This document shows, piece by piece, positions 26,836 to 35,426 of a stretch of 45,617 nucleotides of DNA (the first letter of the stretch is position 1; each line of letters starts with the position of its first letter). A model generated the notes under the pieces. The model was not told the origin of the DNA. It did no database searches and saw only the letters and a list, made by a program, of their open reading frames with translations. Source of the DNA: an uncultured Pirellulales bacterium. GTDB lineage: Bacteria > Planctomycetota > Phycisphaerae > Sedimentisphaerales > CAYZTY01. Location: assembly GCA_964481525.1 (NCBI GenBank), contig CAYZTY010000004.1, positions 1-45,617 on the forward strand. Direction: 5' to 3'. The position numbers and the translations under genes were made by a program.

Positions 26836-27651
26836 ATGGTTGTGGTTAGCTCGGGCTTTGCTTTGGTTTTGCTTATTGCGAGCAAGAAACTGAAGGTCGA
26901 GATTGACCCGAAGATACAGATGATACACGAGGCACTACCGGGGATTGATTGCGGAGCGTGCGGCTTTGCGGGTTGCGGCTCATACGCCAAGGCGGTAGCT
27001 GAAAAGCCGGAGCTTATAGGTAAATGTGCTCCCGGCGGAGCAGAGACCGCCGCAAAAATAGCCGGGATACTTAACCTGCAAATTAGCGACTCCGGTGCGG
27101 CCCGAAGGCCGATTGTACACTGCCGAGCCCACAGCGAGGATAAAACTTATTACGCCGAATATACGGGTATCCAAACCTGCACGGCCGCGGATGTCCAGCC
27201 GCCAGTGCAGGCCTGCAGATTCGGCTGTCTCGGTTTCAGTGATTGTGTGAGCGCCTGCAAATTCGATGCTATTAGTGTAGTCGATGGCCTGGCTACGGTT
27301 GATTATGAAAAATGTACCGGCTGCGGTGCCTGCTCGAAGGCCTGTCCACGAAATCTGATTGAAATGGTTCCGTTCAGTTATGAGAATATGTTGACCGTTG
27401 CGTGCAGCAGCAGGGAGAACGGCAAGACTACCCGCACGATGTGCAAAGTCGGATGTATCGCCTGCGGGCTGTGCGCGAAGCAAACCGATTTATTCACCGT
27501 TACCGATAATCTTGCCAGACTTGAGTACGAAAAATACCAGCCATCCGAACAAACCGAAACCGCTCTGAACAAATGTCCCACCGGCGTCATTATCTATTGT
27601 GGTAAAGAAGCGCCGCCTCCACGTCAGTCAGTGTCGAAAAAGCAGGAATAG
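26836..27651 (+). CDS. rnfB: Rnf complex subunit B (polyferredoxin type)
   Basis: Starting at ATG 26836 gives MVVVSSGFALVLLIASKKLKVEIDPKIQMIHEALPGIDCGACGFAGC, which is the canonical RnfB TM helix plus N-terminal Fe-S motif. Several more CxxCxxCxxxCP clusters follow. In-frame ATGs at 26650 and 26731 would add non-homologous sequence through the heptad repeats. Confidence 0.8.
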   Translation: MVVVSSGFALVLLIASKKLKVEIDPKIQMIHEALPGIDCGACGFAGCGSYAKAVAEKPELIGKCAPGGAETAAKIAGILNLQISDSGAARRPIVHCRAHSEDKTYYAEYTGIQTCTAADVQPPVQACRFGCLGFSDCVSACKFDAISVVDGLATVDYEKCTGCGACSKACPRNLIEMVPFSYENMLTVACSSRENGKTTRTMCKVGCIACGLCAKQTDLFTVTDNLARLEYEKYQPSEQTETALNKCPTGVIIYCGKEAPPPRQSVSKKQE

Positions 27652-27714
27652 CTAAGTGTGAATAAGCAGAATTGCGAGGCTGACGACGGCTAAACGTTTA
27701 TTTTTGAGTCGCTT

Positions 27715-28785
27715 TTACTTTTTTATATATTGTTCTGCCCCGGTGGTTTTGGTTTGTTTGAACTCAGGTCCGGAAGAAATCAAAATAGCCTCTGTGTCAG
27801 CAAGCCTTTCAATCAGTGCCAGACCTTTTTCTGCTCCCATTACGCTGACGGCCGTTGCCAGGGCGTCGGCGTCGGTCGCTTTCTCGGCGATAATCGTTAC
27901 GCTTGATAAGCCCTCGGCGCTGCTGCTTGTGGAGGGATTAATAATGTGGCTGTATTTTTGGCCGTCAATTAACGTAAATCGCCGGTAGTCGCCGCTTGTC
28001 GCCACCGCCTTATTAACCAGCTCCAGGACCAATTCAAGCTGCCGGCTGACAAGGCCCTTCGCATCTGTCTTTGGTTCCTGCAGTCCTATGGACCATTTTT
28101 GTTTTCCTCTCTGCGGCGCGCCAAAGCAGCGAATATCGCCCCCGACGTCAATCATTCCTCCAATCGCTCCTGCCTGCTGCATTGCGCGGGCAGCCGAATC
28201 TATCCCGTAACCCTTGGCGATACCGCCCAAATCCAGTTGCATACCATCGACTGCGAAACGGACGGTTCTCTTTTCGGTATCAAAAACGAGTTTTTCATAG
28301 CCGACTTTGGCTTTGGCCGATGCAATTTCATCCTCGGTCGGCTTTATATTCTTATTGCCCGCTTGTTGCCATAAATCCACCAATGGGCCGACCGTGATAT
28401 CGAATGCGCCATCGGTCAGCTTGCTGTATTCCACGCTTCGCTGCAAAACTTCAAATACTGGTTCGGTTACCTTGACTGCTTGACTGTATGCTTCTCGATT
28501 TATCCTGCTTATTTGTGATTCAGCGTTGTGGACACTCATCAGGTTATCGACAAGCTTAAGCTGCTTAATACCTTCTTCAACGCAGGCCAGAGCTGTTTGC
28601 TTGTCCGTCGCCACCGCCATAACCCGCACAAAGGTTCCCATAATTTCGCGGTATCCACTTTCGGCTGTAAATCTTTTCTTCGGCCAGCTCTGCTGCCGCT
28701 CGACAGTGAGTATAAAATAAAGAACAGTAACCAGAATTGCGCCGATGATAATTGCCGGTTTTATGCACTTAGCCTTTTTATTCAT
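27715..28785 (-). CDS. apbE: FAD:protein FMN transferase (ApbE family)
   Basis: The protein is 356 aa with an N-terminal TM/signal segment. It carries LGGIAKGYGID and TSGDYRRF…HIINP, typical ApbE motifs. It is convergent with the rnf operon. Confidence 0.85.
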   Translation of the reverse strand: MNKKAKCIKPAIIIGAILVTVLYFILTVERQQSWPKKRFTAESGYREIMGTFVRVMAVATDKQTALACVEEGIKQLKLVDNLMSVHNAESQISRINREAYSQAVKVTEPVFEVLQRSVEYSKLTDGAFDITVGPLVDLWQQAGNKNIKPTEDEIASAKAKVGYEKLVFDTEKRTVRFAVDGMQLDLGGIAKGYGIDSAARAMQQAGAIGGMIDVGGDIRCFGAPQRGKQKWSIGLQEPKTDAKGLVSRQLELVLELVNKAVATSGDYRRFTLIDGQKYSHIINPSTSSSAEGLSSVTIIAEKATDADALATAVSVMGAEKGLALIERLADTEAILISSGPEFKQTKTTGAEQYIKK

Positions 28786-28877
28786 AAACGGACCTTTGGG
28801 TGAATGCTTTGTTGATTTATTCTAATTTGCACTCGTTCTATGTTCAACAAATCTCTTGTTGCTGCTATAATGCGGTT

Positions 28878-30686
28878 ATGAACGGCAAACAGATAGTAAT
28901 GCTGGAAGAGCGGGTCAACAGGGAGTTTCTGCCCTTTGTACGAAGACCAAGCCGGTATATCGGAGGCGAGGTCAATCAGATAAGGAGGAACCTTGCCGAA
29001 TGCGAGCTGACCGTTGCGCTGTGTTTCCCCGACCTTTACGAGGTTGGCTCAAGCCATACGGGCTTTGCGATTATTTATCACATACTTAACCAGATGGACT
29101 CTGTGGCCTGCGAGCGGGTTTTTTCGCCCTGGCTCGATGCAGAGAAAGTTCTAAGAGAAAAAAAGATTCCACTGTTTAGTCTTGAGTCGAAGGCATCATT
29201 GAAAAGTTTTGACGTTATAGGCTTTAGTCTGACAAATGAGCTGTGCTATACGAATATGCTTAATGTTCTCGATATAGCCGGCCTTGAGGTTAGAAGCAAC
29301 AGCCGAGATGAAAATGACCCGCTGATAGTTGCCGGCGGCGGGATGGCAAATTGTTGTGAGCCTGTTGCTGAATTCGTGGACCTGCTCCTGCTTGGCGAGG
29401 GTGAAGAGGCGGTTGTGGAACTGGCTGAACTTATAAAAGCTGAGAAGCAGGCTGGGAACTCAAAAAAGAATTTACTGATAAAAGCTGCTAAAAAATTCGA
29501 GTGGGTCTATGTGCCCAGTCTTTACAGCTTCGAATATGAAGACAACAGGACAAGAGCACTTAAGCCTGTCTCGGTCGATTTGCCGAGGAGGTTTGAGAAC
29601 GCCGTCGTAGGGGATTTTGAAAATGCTCCTGCCGCCCTTGAGCCGATTGTCCCTTTTGCCCAAGCCGTGCACGAACGCGTTACTGTGGAGATTATGCGCG
29701 GCTGTCCGGGCCGATGCCGATTCTGCCAGGCCAGCTTCTGCCGAAGGCCGGTCCGCTACCGAAGTGTGGGGAAAATCGTCGAAATAGCCAAGGCCATTTA
29801 TCACGCGACGGGTTTCGAGACGGTGGGCTTGTTGAGTCTATCAACGGCAGATTATCCGGAGCTTGAAGAATTGATAGCCAAGCTGAACGAGAATTTTTCC
29901 GGCAGGCATGTTGGGCTTTCTGTGCCGAGCCTTCGGGTCGGCCGGCAGTTGAAGCTGCTTCCGGGACTGGTAACTTCGGTAAGGAAAGGCGGTCTAACGA
30001 TTGCTGTTGAAGCGGCCAGTGAAAGATTAAGAGAAATTATTAATAAACCATTGAAAGATGAGGATTTGTTTGCCGCTGCGGAGTCGGCTTGGCGAGCAGG
30101 ATGGCAGCGGCTGAAGTTATACTTTATGGTGGGCCTGCCGGGCGAGACCGAAGAGGACGTAAAGAACATCGTAGAGTTATCATTTCAATTGGCCAAACTT
30201 CGTAAACAAATCGATGGGAAAACAGGTCAAATTAATATCACCGTAAGCTGGCTTGTGCCAAAACCGCATACGCCGTTCGGGTGGCTGGCCCAAAAACCAA
30301 AATCTTACTTCGAGCAAGCAAGAAAAATGATTCTTGATGAAAAGAGAGACCGACGTGCAAAATTTTTGCACTTCAAGTTCCACGATACAGACCGCAGCAT
30401 ACTGGAATCGGCGATAGGCAGAGGTGATAGAAGATTGTGCGACGTCATTGAAGAGGCGTGGAGAAACGGAGCAAAATTTGATTTGTGGGGCGAATGTTTC
30501 CAGTATGAGCTGTGGGAAAAAGCCTTTGAAAAATTCGGAATGAATCTTCAACAAGCTGCCCAGAGAAGTTTCGAGCCTGACGAGATTCTGCCGTGGGAGC
30601 ATTTAGGCGGACCGGAGAAAAAATACCTGCTTGGACATTTGGAGAAAGCGATGAAAACGATATTGAATACAGAACTTAGAATGTAG
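28878..30686 (+). CDS. B12-binding-domain radical SAM protein (TIGR03960-like)
   Basis: The N-terminus is FVRRPSRYIGGEVNQI. The radical SAM cluster is CPGRCRFCQ (CxxxCxxC), and there is a long C-terminal DUF-like extension. The ATG at 28878 is preferred over the 28800 start. Confidence 0.8.
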   Translation: MNGKQIVMLEERVNREFLPFVRRPSRYIGGEVNQIRRNLAECELTVALCFPDLYEVGSSHTGFAIIYHILNQMDSVACERVFSPWLDAEKVLREKKIPLFSLESKASLKSFDVIGFSLTNELCYTNMLNVLDIAGLEVRSNSRDENDPLIVAGGGMANCCEPVAEFVDLLLLGEGEEAVVELAELIKAEKQAGNSKKNLLIKAAKKFEWVYVPSLYSFEYEDNRTRALKPVSVDLPRRFENAVVGDFENAPAALEPIVPFAQAVHERVTVEIMRGCPGRCRFCQASFCRRPVRYRSVGKIVEIAKAIYHATGFETVGLLSLSTADYPELEELIAKLNENFSGRHVGLSVPSLRVGRQLKLLPGLVTSVRKGGLTIAVEAASERLREIINKPLKDEDLFAAAESAWRAGWQRLKLYFMVGLPGETEEDVKNIVELSFQLAKLRKQIDGKTGQINITVSWLVPKPHTPFGWLAQKPKSYFEQARKMILDEKRDRRAKFLHFKFHDTDRSILESAIGRGDRRLCDVIEEAWRNGAKFDLWGECFQYELWEKAFEKFGMNLQQAAQRSFEPDEILPWEHLGGPEKKYLLGHLEKAMKTILNTELRM

Positions 30687-30730
30687 AATTAAAAGAAAAA
30701 GCACGAAATCCGAAATACGAAGAACGAAAC

Positions 30731-30779
30731 AATGTTCAAAATTCGAAAATTCCAATGAGCGGAAACAGTTTTGAACATT
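30731..30779. repeat. perfect 11-bp inverted repeat (AT-rich hairpin) at the junction with a low-GC islet
   Basis: AATGTTCAAAA (30731-30741) pairs with TTTTGAACATT (30769-30779). It is nested inside imperfect CGAAAT/ATTTCG inverted arrays (about 30701-30730 and 30808-30832). It could act as a terminator for the radical SAM gene. Confidence 0.6.
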
Positions 30780-30910
30780 TGGCCATTTGGTAATTCGAAT
30801 TTGTTTAGGATTTCGAATTTCGATATTCGAGTTTGATAAGATAATGGCCAATCTGGAACATCTGAAAATCCTGAAACAAGGCGTTGAAGCCTACCATTTG
30901 GAGATAAGAG

Positions 30911-31732
30911 ATGTATACGAAACAGCAAATAATCGAGGAAATCAGAAAAATCGCAAACAAACTAAATGTGAAATCGCTTAAACAAAAAGATTTTAAAAAA
31001 CATTCAAAAATTTCCCTGAGTACGGTTAGATATAATTTTAGCACATGGAATGATGCAGTTAAAGAGGCGGGATTAATACCCATCGATTCTACAGAGGTGA
31101 TTAGCAAGAGAGAACTGATTGATAATGACAAATTGTTGTCGGATTTAATTCGTATTTATAAAGAATATGGGAGAGAGCCTACCTATTCATTAGTTGATGC
31201 CAAAGGAAAGTATAGTACAACGCCTTATAGAAATCGTTGGAATAATATTCAGGAAGCATTTTTAATTGCAAAGCAAAAATTTCCAAAAGAGATTTCTACT
31301 GATATTCAGAAACCAGATTTTGAGCAACAGAAAACCGAAAATATAAAAGTTATACCTAAAACAGTAAAACCAAAAATTGCTAAGAAAAGGCGCATCATTT
31401 TTGGGGAGCCTATTGATTTTCGCGGTCTGCGGTTTGCACCAGTTAATGAGCAAGGTGTGGTTTACTTATTTGGTATGATAAGTCACGAGTTAGGATTTTT
31501 AATTGAATCCATAAGGACAGAATGTCCGGATTGTGAAGGCAAGAGGTGCTTCGACAAAGAAAATAATCGGTGGGAACATGTAAGAATTGAATTTGAGTAT
31601 AGAAGCTCCAATTTCAAAGAGCACGGTCATGATGAAACTAAATGTGATATTATTGTGTGTTGGATCCATGACTGGGATGATTGTCCTATCGAGGTTTTAG
31701 AACTTAAATCAACAATACAGTACTTAAGCTGA
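30911..31732 (+). CDS. homing-endonuclease-associated-repeat protein with a C-terminal restriction-endonuclease-like domain
   Basis: The protein is 273 aa and low in GC. It has two N-terminal repeats of the type …I.EIRKIANKL…S..TV.YNFSTWNDAVKEAGL and …LIRIYKEYGREPT……YRNRWNNIQEAFL. The C-terminus is FAPVNEQGVVYLFGMISHELGF…CPDCEGK…IEFEYRSSNFKEHGHD…CDIIVCWIHDW, resembling a PD-(D/E)xK-type fold. Confidence 0.5.
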   Translation: MYTKQQIIEEIRKIANKLNVKSLKQKDFKKHSKISLSTVRYNFSTWNDAVKEAGLIPIDSTEVISKRELIDNDKLLSDLIRIYKEYGREPTYSLVDAKGKYSTTPYRNRWNNIQEAFLIAKQKFPKEISTDIQKPDFEQQKTENIKVIPKTVKPKIAKKRRIIFGEPIDFRGLRFAPVNEQGVVYLFGMISHELGFLIESIRTECPDCEGKRCFDKENNRWEHVRIEFEYRSSNFKEHGHDETKCDIIVCWIHDWDDCPIEVLELKSTIQYLS

Positions 31733-31968
31733 TGTGTTGGAAAACGGTAATATTTTTCGGAAATGGCAAAGAAAACGGCGCTGGATATTATTGGCGATGC
31801 GATAAAAGATATTGCAAAGGGGCAGCAAAACTAATTATCGAACTTGGTAAGGATTTAGGACCGATTATTGTAAAAACGGCCGCATACGGCTTTTTCAGAA
31901 ATATTTGTGGATGAGCGTTACCTTGTCGAGGTGGGGCGGCCTTAGAATTTTTTTTGTTACGAGTAAAT

Positions 31969-32652
31969 TTACTTTCTTAGACCCGGAGGTTCGGCCAGTC
32001 CGCTGGGGCCTTTCGACTTTTGATAGTCCGTGATTATTTTTACCGCCCTCTCAGGCTCGTCAACCACCGTGAAAATGTTCAGGTCTTCTGGCGAAATATT
32101 TTTGTGCTTAGTCAGCATTGTCTGGCGCATCCATTTAATCAGGCCGTCCCAGTATTCACTGCCCATCAAAATCACGGGAAAGTAAACCTGCTTTAAGGTC
32201 TGGATGAGCATCAGAGACTCAACAAATTCGTCCAGTGTGCCAAAGCCGCCCGGAAAAACTACAAATCCGTGAGCGTACTTTAAAAACATAACCTTACGGC
32301 AGAAAAAATAGCGGAAATCCAGTGATATATTTTGATATTTGTTCGGAGGCTGCTCTATGGGCAGCTCGATATTCAAACCAACGCTTTTACCTCCCGCTTC
32401 GTTGGCGCCTTTATTGGCCGCTTCCATAATTCCACCGCCTCCCCCGGTTATCACCGCGAAGCCGGCCTTTGCTATCTCTGCCGCGGTTATTTCCGCGAGC
32501 TTGTAATAAGGCTGATTGGGTTTGGTCCTCGATGAGCCGAAGATTGATACGGCAGGGCCCACCGAGGCGAGCTCTTCAAAGCCCTCGACAAACTCCGCCA
32601 TTATCCGGAATATCCGCCACGGCTCTTCTACCGGCATATGGTTTTTACCCAT
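31969..32652 (-). CDS. LOG-family protein (TIGR00730; cytokinin riboside 5'-monophosphate phosphoribohydrolase-like)
   Basis: The protein is 227 aa and carries GGGGGIMEAANKGA and PGGFGTLDE motifs. Confidence 0.85.
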   Translation of the reverse strand: MGKNHMPVEEPWRIFRIMAEFVEGFEELASVGPAVSIFGSSRTKPNQPYYKLAEITAAEIAKAGFAVITGGGGGIMEAANKGANEAGGKSVGLNIELPIEQPPNKYQNISLDFRYFFCRKVMFLKYAHGFVVFPGGFGTLDEFVESLMLIQTLKQVYFPVILMGSEYWDGLIKWMRQTMLTKHKNISPEDLNIFTVVDEPERAVKIITDYQKSKGPSGLAEPPGLRK

Positions 32653-32736
32653 TAAAATGCTCCTTGTAGTAATTTTTAATGCACTACATCATATAAATCG
32701 AATTATTCAGTCCTTAACTTTACTCGATTATGGCCG

Positions 32737-33411
32737 TTACCATAAATCAGGCTTGTTAGCTGCAGGGCAGTATTTGGCTATCGGACAGTCTTCACATTGT
32801 GGTCGACGGGCCTTGCAGATGTTTCTGCCGTGCCAGATGAGCAAATCACTGAAAAGCAACCAATTCTTTTTCGGCACGATTGCCATCAAATCGAACTCCA
32901 GTTTGACCGGGTCGCGGTTTTCGCTTAACTGCAACCGCCTGGACAATCTAATCACGTGCGTGTCGCAAACGACGCCTGGCACGCCGAAGGCGTTGCCAAG
33001 AATTACGTTTGCCGTTTTTCTGCCTACTCCCGGCAGCTCTAACAGCTTTTCCATCGTGTCAGGTACTTTGCCGCCGAGATTTTCTGTTATCATTTTGCAG
33101 GCGTTTTTGATACTTAGCGCCTTATTGTGGTAGAAACCTGTCGGCCTTATGTCTGCTTCGATTTGTTTCAGCTCTGCGTTTGCCCATTGCCGTGCACCGC
33201 GATACTTCCTGAATACATCCTTCGTAACTATATTTACTCGAGTGTCGGTGCATTGGGCGGAGAGAATCGTGGCTATCAAAAGCTCCAGTGGGTTGCCGAA
33301 TTTAAGCGCGATACGAGCCTCGGGATAGGTCTTGTTAAGTATCGGCCAAATCTTTTTTACGCGCTCGGCAGCTTGTGCTTTGCTGACTGTTATAGTCTTT
33401 CTTTTACCCAT
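32737..33411 (-). CDS. nth: endonuclease III (DNA glycosylase/AP lyase)
   Basis: The HhH-GPD element is LPGVGRKTANVILG and the catalytic Asp region is VCDTHV. The 4Fe-4S cluster loop is CKARRPQCEDCPIAKYC. Confidence 0.9.
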   Translation of the reverse strand: MGKRKTITVSKAQAAERVKKIWPILNKTYPEARIALKFGNPLELLIATILSAQCTDTRVNIVTKDVFRKYRGARQWANAELKQIEADIRPTGFYHNKALSIKNACKMITENLGGKVPDTMEKLLELPGVGRKTANVILGNAFGVPGVVCDTHVIRLSRRLQLSENRDPVKLEFDLMAIVPKKNWLLFSDLLIWHGRNICKARRPQCEDCPIAKYCPAANKPDLW

Positions 33412-33435
33412 TCCTTATTGCCTGAGCTTACACTT

Positions 33436-35304
33436 TCAGTCCACTTTACTACTCGTTTCTTTATCCGGTAATGTCTCCAGGAGTTCCTTCAGTTTTGCTC
33501 CTATCAAGATGCCGTGTAATTTTACCGGCTCGGTTCGGTCCGGAATGAGTAATAGGCTCACCGGTACGCCCGGCTCGTTGTAGATGTTTTTCAAGTCCTG
33601 TGTCGCAACGCTTTCAGCGAGTGTTGTATCTGCTTTAACGGTCAGAAGACCTTTTCGCTTCACGAGTTCGGCAATTTCCCTGCGAGAGTAAACAGTTTTT
33701 TCCACCACCACGCAGCTCGTACACCAATCGGCGGTAAACTTTATTAGAACCGGCCGACCCTGGGAAACAGAAGTCTCGATATTGGTCGGATTGTATTCCT
33801 GCCATGCAATAAGCTCTGCTCTCGGTGCGGGCAAAAACAAAAATGCGCTTCCCACCGCAATAATGACTGCCAGACAGCGGACGGACCATTTCTTCGCCGC
33901 CTTCGTGGCGAAACTTACCCATCCGCCCCACATCCAGACGCAAAAGCCCAGTATCACCGCGTAGTAAAGAACGTTTATATTTCGTTCTGTCGGGACCGAA
34001 CTGAAAAGTTTTACCGCTATGATTAGCAATATAAATCCCATCCCCTGCTTGAACAGCTCCATCCATCTGCCCGGTTTCGGCAGACGGCTCAGGAGCTTCG
34101 GCATAGAGGTTAGTATCGCATAGGGCGCCGCCATCCCAACTCCGATAAGCATTATTGCTATTGTACTCAGGCCCAGAGGTTGCCCCTGTGCCCAGGCGAA
34201 GGCCGCCGCCAGGATTGCAAAGCTACACGGCGTACTCAGAAGCGCCGCCAAAAAGCCCATTCCTACAGAGCCTGAATAGCCCCGGCCGCCACCTGCCTTC
34301 TCGGTTAGTCCGGCCGGTACGCCAATGCTAAAAACTCCGAACAAAAACAGACTCAGAACAACCAGCAAAACTACCGTACCTATAATGAAGGTTGGATTGC
34401 GGAAATGGTCTCCCCATTGAAATACCGTTCCGTAACCCAGGCGCAGGATAATATTTAACGCGGCAAGCGCCGCAAAAAAGAGCAATATCCCAAGGCAAAA
34501 CGACAGGCCCAGTCCGATTGCCCTTTTTTTATTTTCTTTGGCCTGGTTGAGAATGCGTATGATTATGATTGGCAGTATCGGCCAGACACAGGGCATAATA
34601 TTCAGCGCCAACCCCGCCACAAATGCCAGCGGCAATGCTATTGGCGCCGAATACGAGGCTTTGGCTTTTACTGCCTTCTTTGCTTCGCTTACTTTCTGCT
34701 CTTTACGCTCCGGCAGGACAAAACGTGCTTCGCCCATTGGCGCGGCCGGGTCAATCTTGACTTTGGTCCCTAAGCTGAAATTCTCAAGCCGACACATTAT
34801 GTCTGAGCAGACCGCTCCTTCGATATCAATCGCAATATCGTTCTGTAGTTTTTGCTGTTCGGCGGTGGGGGTCTTAAACGGCATATATACTGTGAAAGCG
34901 CCGCTAAAAACTTCAAGATTTTTTTTCGTTGCCTTATCGTAGTACTCTTCGCTGGCGGGGAATACCGGCTCCTGAAAATTAAGTCCCTCAGCTTTGGTTT
35001 TAATTTTCAGATTCATTTGGCCAGGGGCGGTTTCGGCCGAGGCGTAAAAATGCCAGTTTTCTTTGAGTGCGAAACGGATTGCCACTGCGGAGTTTTGGCC
35101 CGGCCTTAGAGTTTCATACTGCTGCTGCAAGGAGATAGAAACAATGTCGCTTTTAATGCTGTCCGGTCGTGGTTGCGACTGCTGGTCTGTTGCATTTACA
35201 ATTGTGAAGAGAATGACAGCTAATAACAGAGCTGCAAATACCGGAGTAATTGTTGGTTTGTTCACAACTTTTTCCTGTCTGCTTGATGGTCCAGCCGGCG
35301 CCAT
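33436..35304 (-). CDS. dsbD: thiol:disulfide interchange protein DsbD-like (N-terminal domain, CcdA-type TM core, C-terminal thioredoxin)
   Basis: The TM core carries MPCVWPILP and a second Cys in STPCSF. The C-terminal thioredoxin fold carries WCTSC. The ATG at 35304 is preferred; the ORF-track start at 35343 is a TTG. Confidence 0.75.
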   Translation of the reverse strand: MAPAGPSSRQEKVVNKPTITPVFAALLLAVILFTIVNATDQQSQPRPDSIKSDIVSISLQQQYETLRPGQNSAVAIRFALKENWHFYASAETAPGQMNLKIKTKAEGLNFQEPVFPASEEYYDKATKKNLEVFSGAFTVYMPFKTPTAEQQKLQNDIAIDIEGAVCSDIMCRLENFSLGTKVKIDPAAPMGEARFVLPERKEQKVSEAKKAVKAKASYSAPIALPLAFVAGLALNIMPCVWPILPIIIIRILNQAKENKKRAIGLGLSFCLGILLFFAALAALNIILRLGYGTVFQWGDHFRNPTFIIGTVVLLVVLSLFLFGVFSIGVPAGLTEKAGGGRGYSGSVGMGFLAALLSTPCSFAILAAAFAWAQGQPLGLSTIAIMLIGVGMAAPYAILTSMPKLLSRLPKPGRWMELFKQGMGFILLIIAVKLFSSVPTERNINVLYYAVILGFCVWMWGGWVSFATKAAKKWSVRCLAVIIAVGSAFLFLPAPRAELIAWQEYNPTNIETSVSQGRPVLIKFTADWCTSCVVVEKTVYSRREIAELVKRKGLLTVKADTTLAESVATQDLKNIYNEPGVPVSLLLIPDRTEPVKLHGILIGAKLKELLETLPDKETSSKVD

Positions 35305-35426
35305 CGGTTCAACTTCGCAACCCGGCTCGTAATAAATTAACAAACTCCCTCTTTTTAACTATTTCTTACGGGGGGGTAACCTTCAGCCCACCCAGATGGG
35401 CATAGGGCCAAAAGGCATTTTACTTT

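Noticed and set aside
31732-31914. 60-aa ORF (and an alternative 23-aa ORF at 31764) downstream of the nuclease-like gene
   Set aside because: There is no SD and no recognisable motif. The sequence is Cys/Gly/Lys-rich and AT-rich, and the ORF is too short to support. It is probably non-coding islet sequence.
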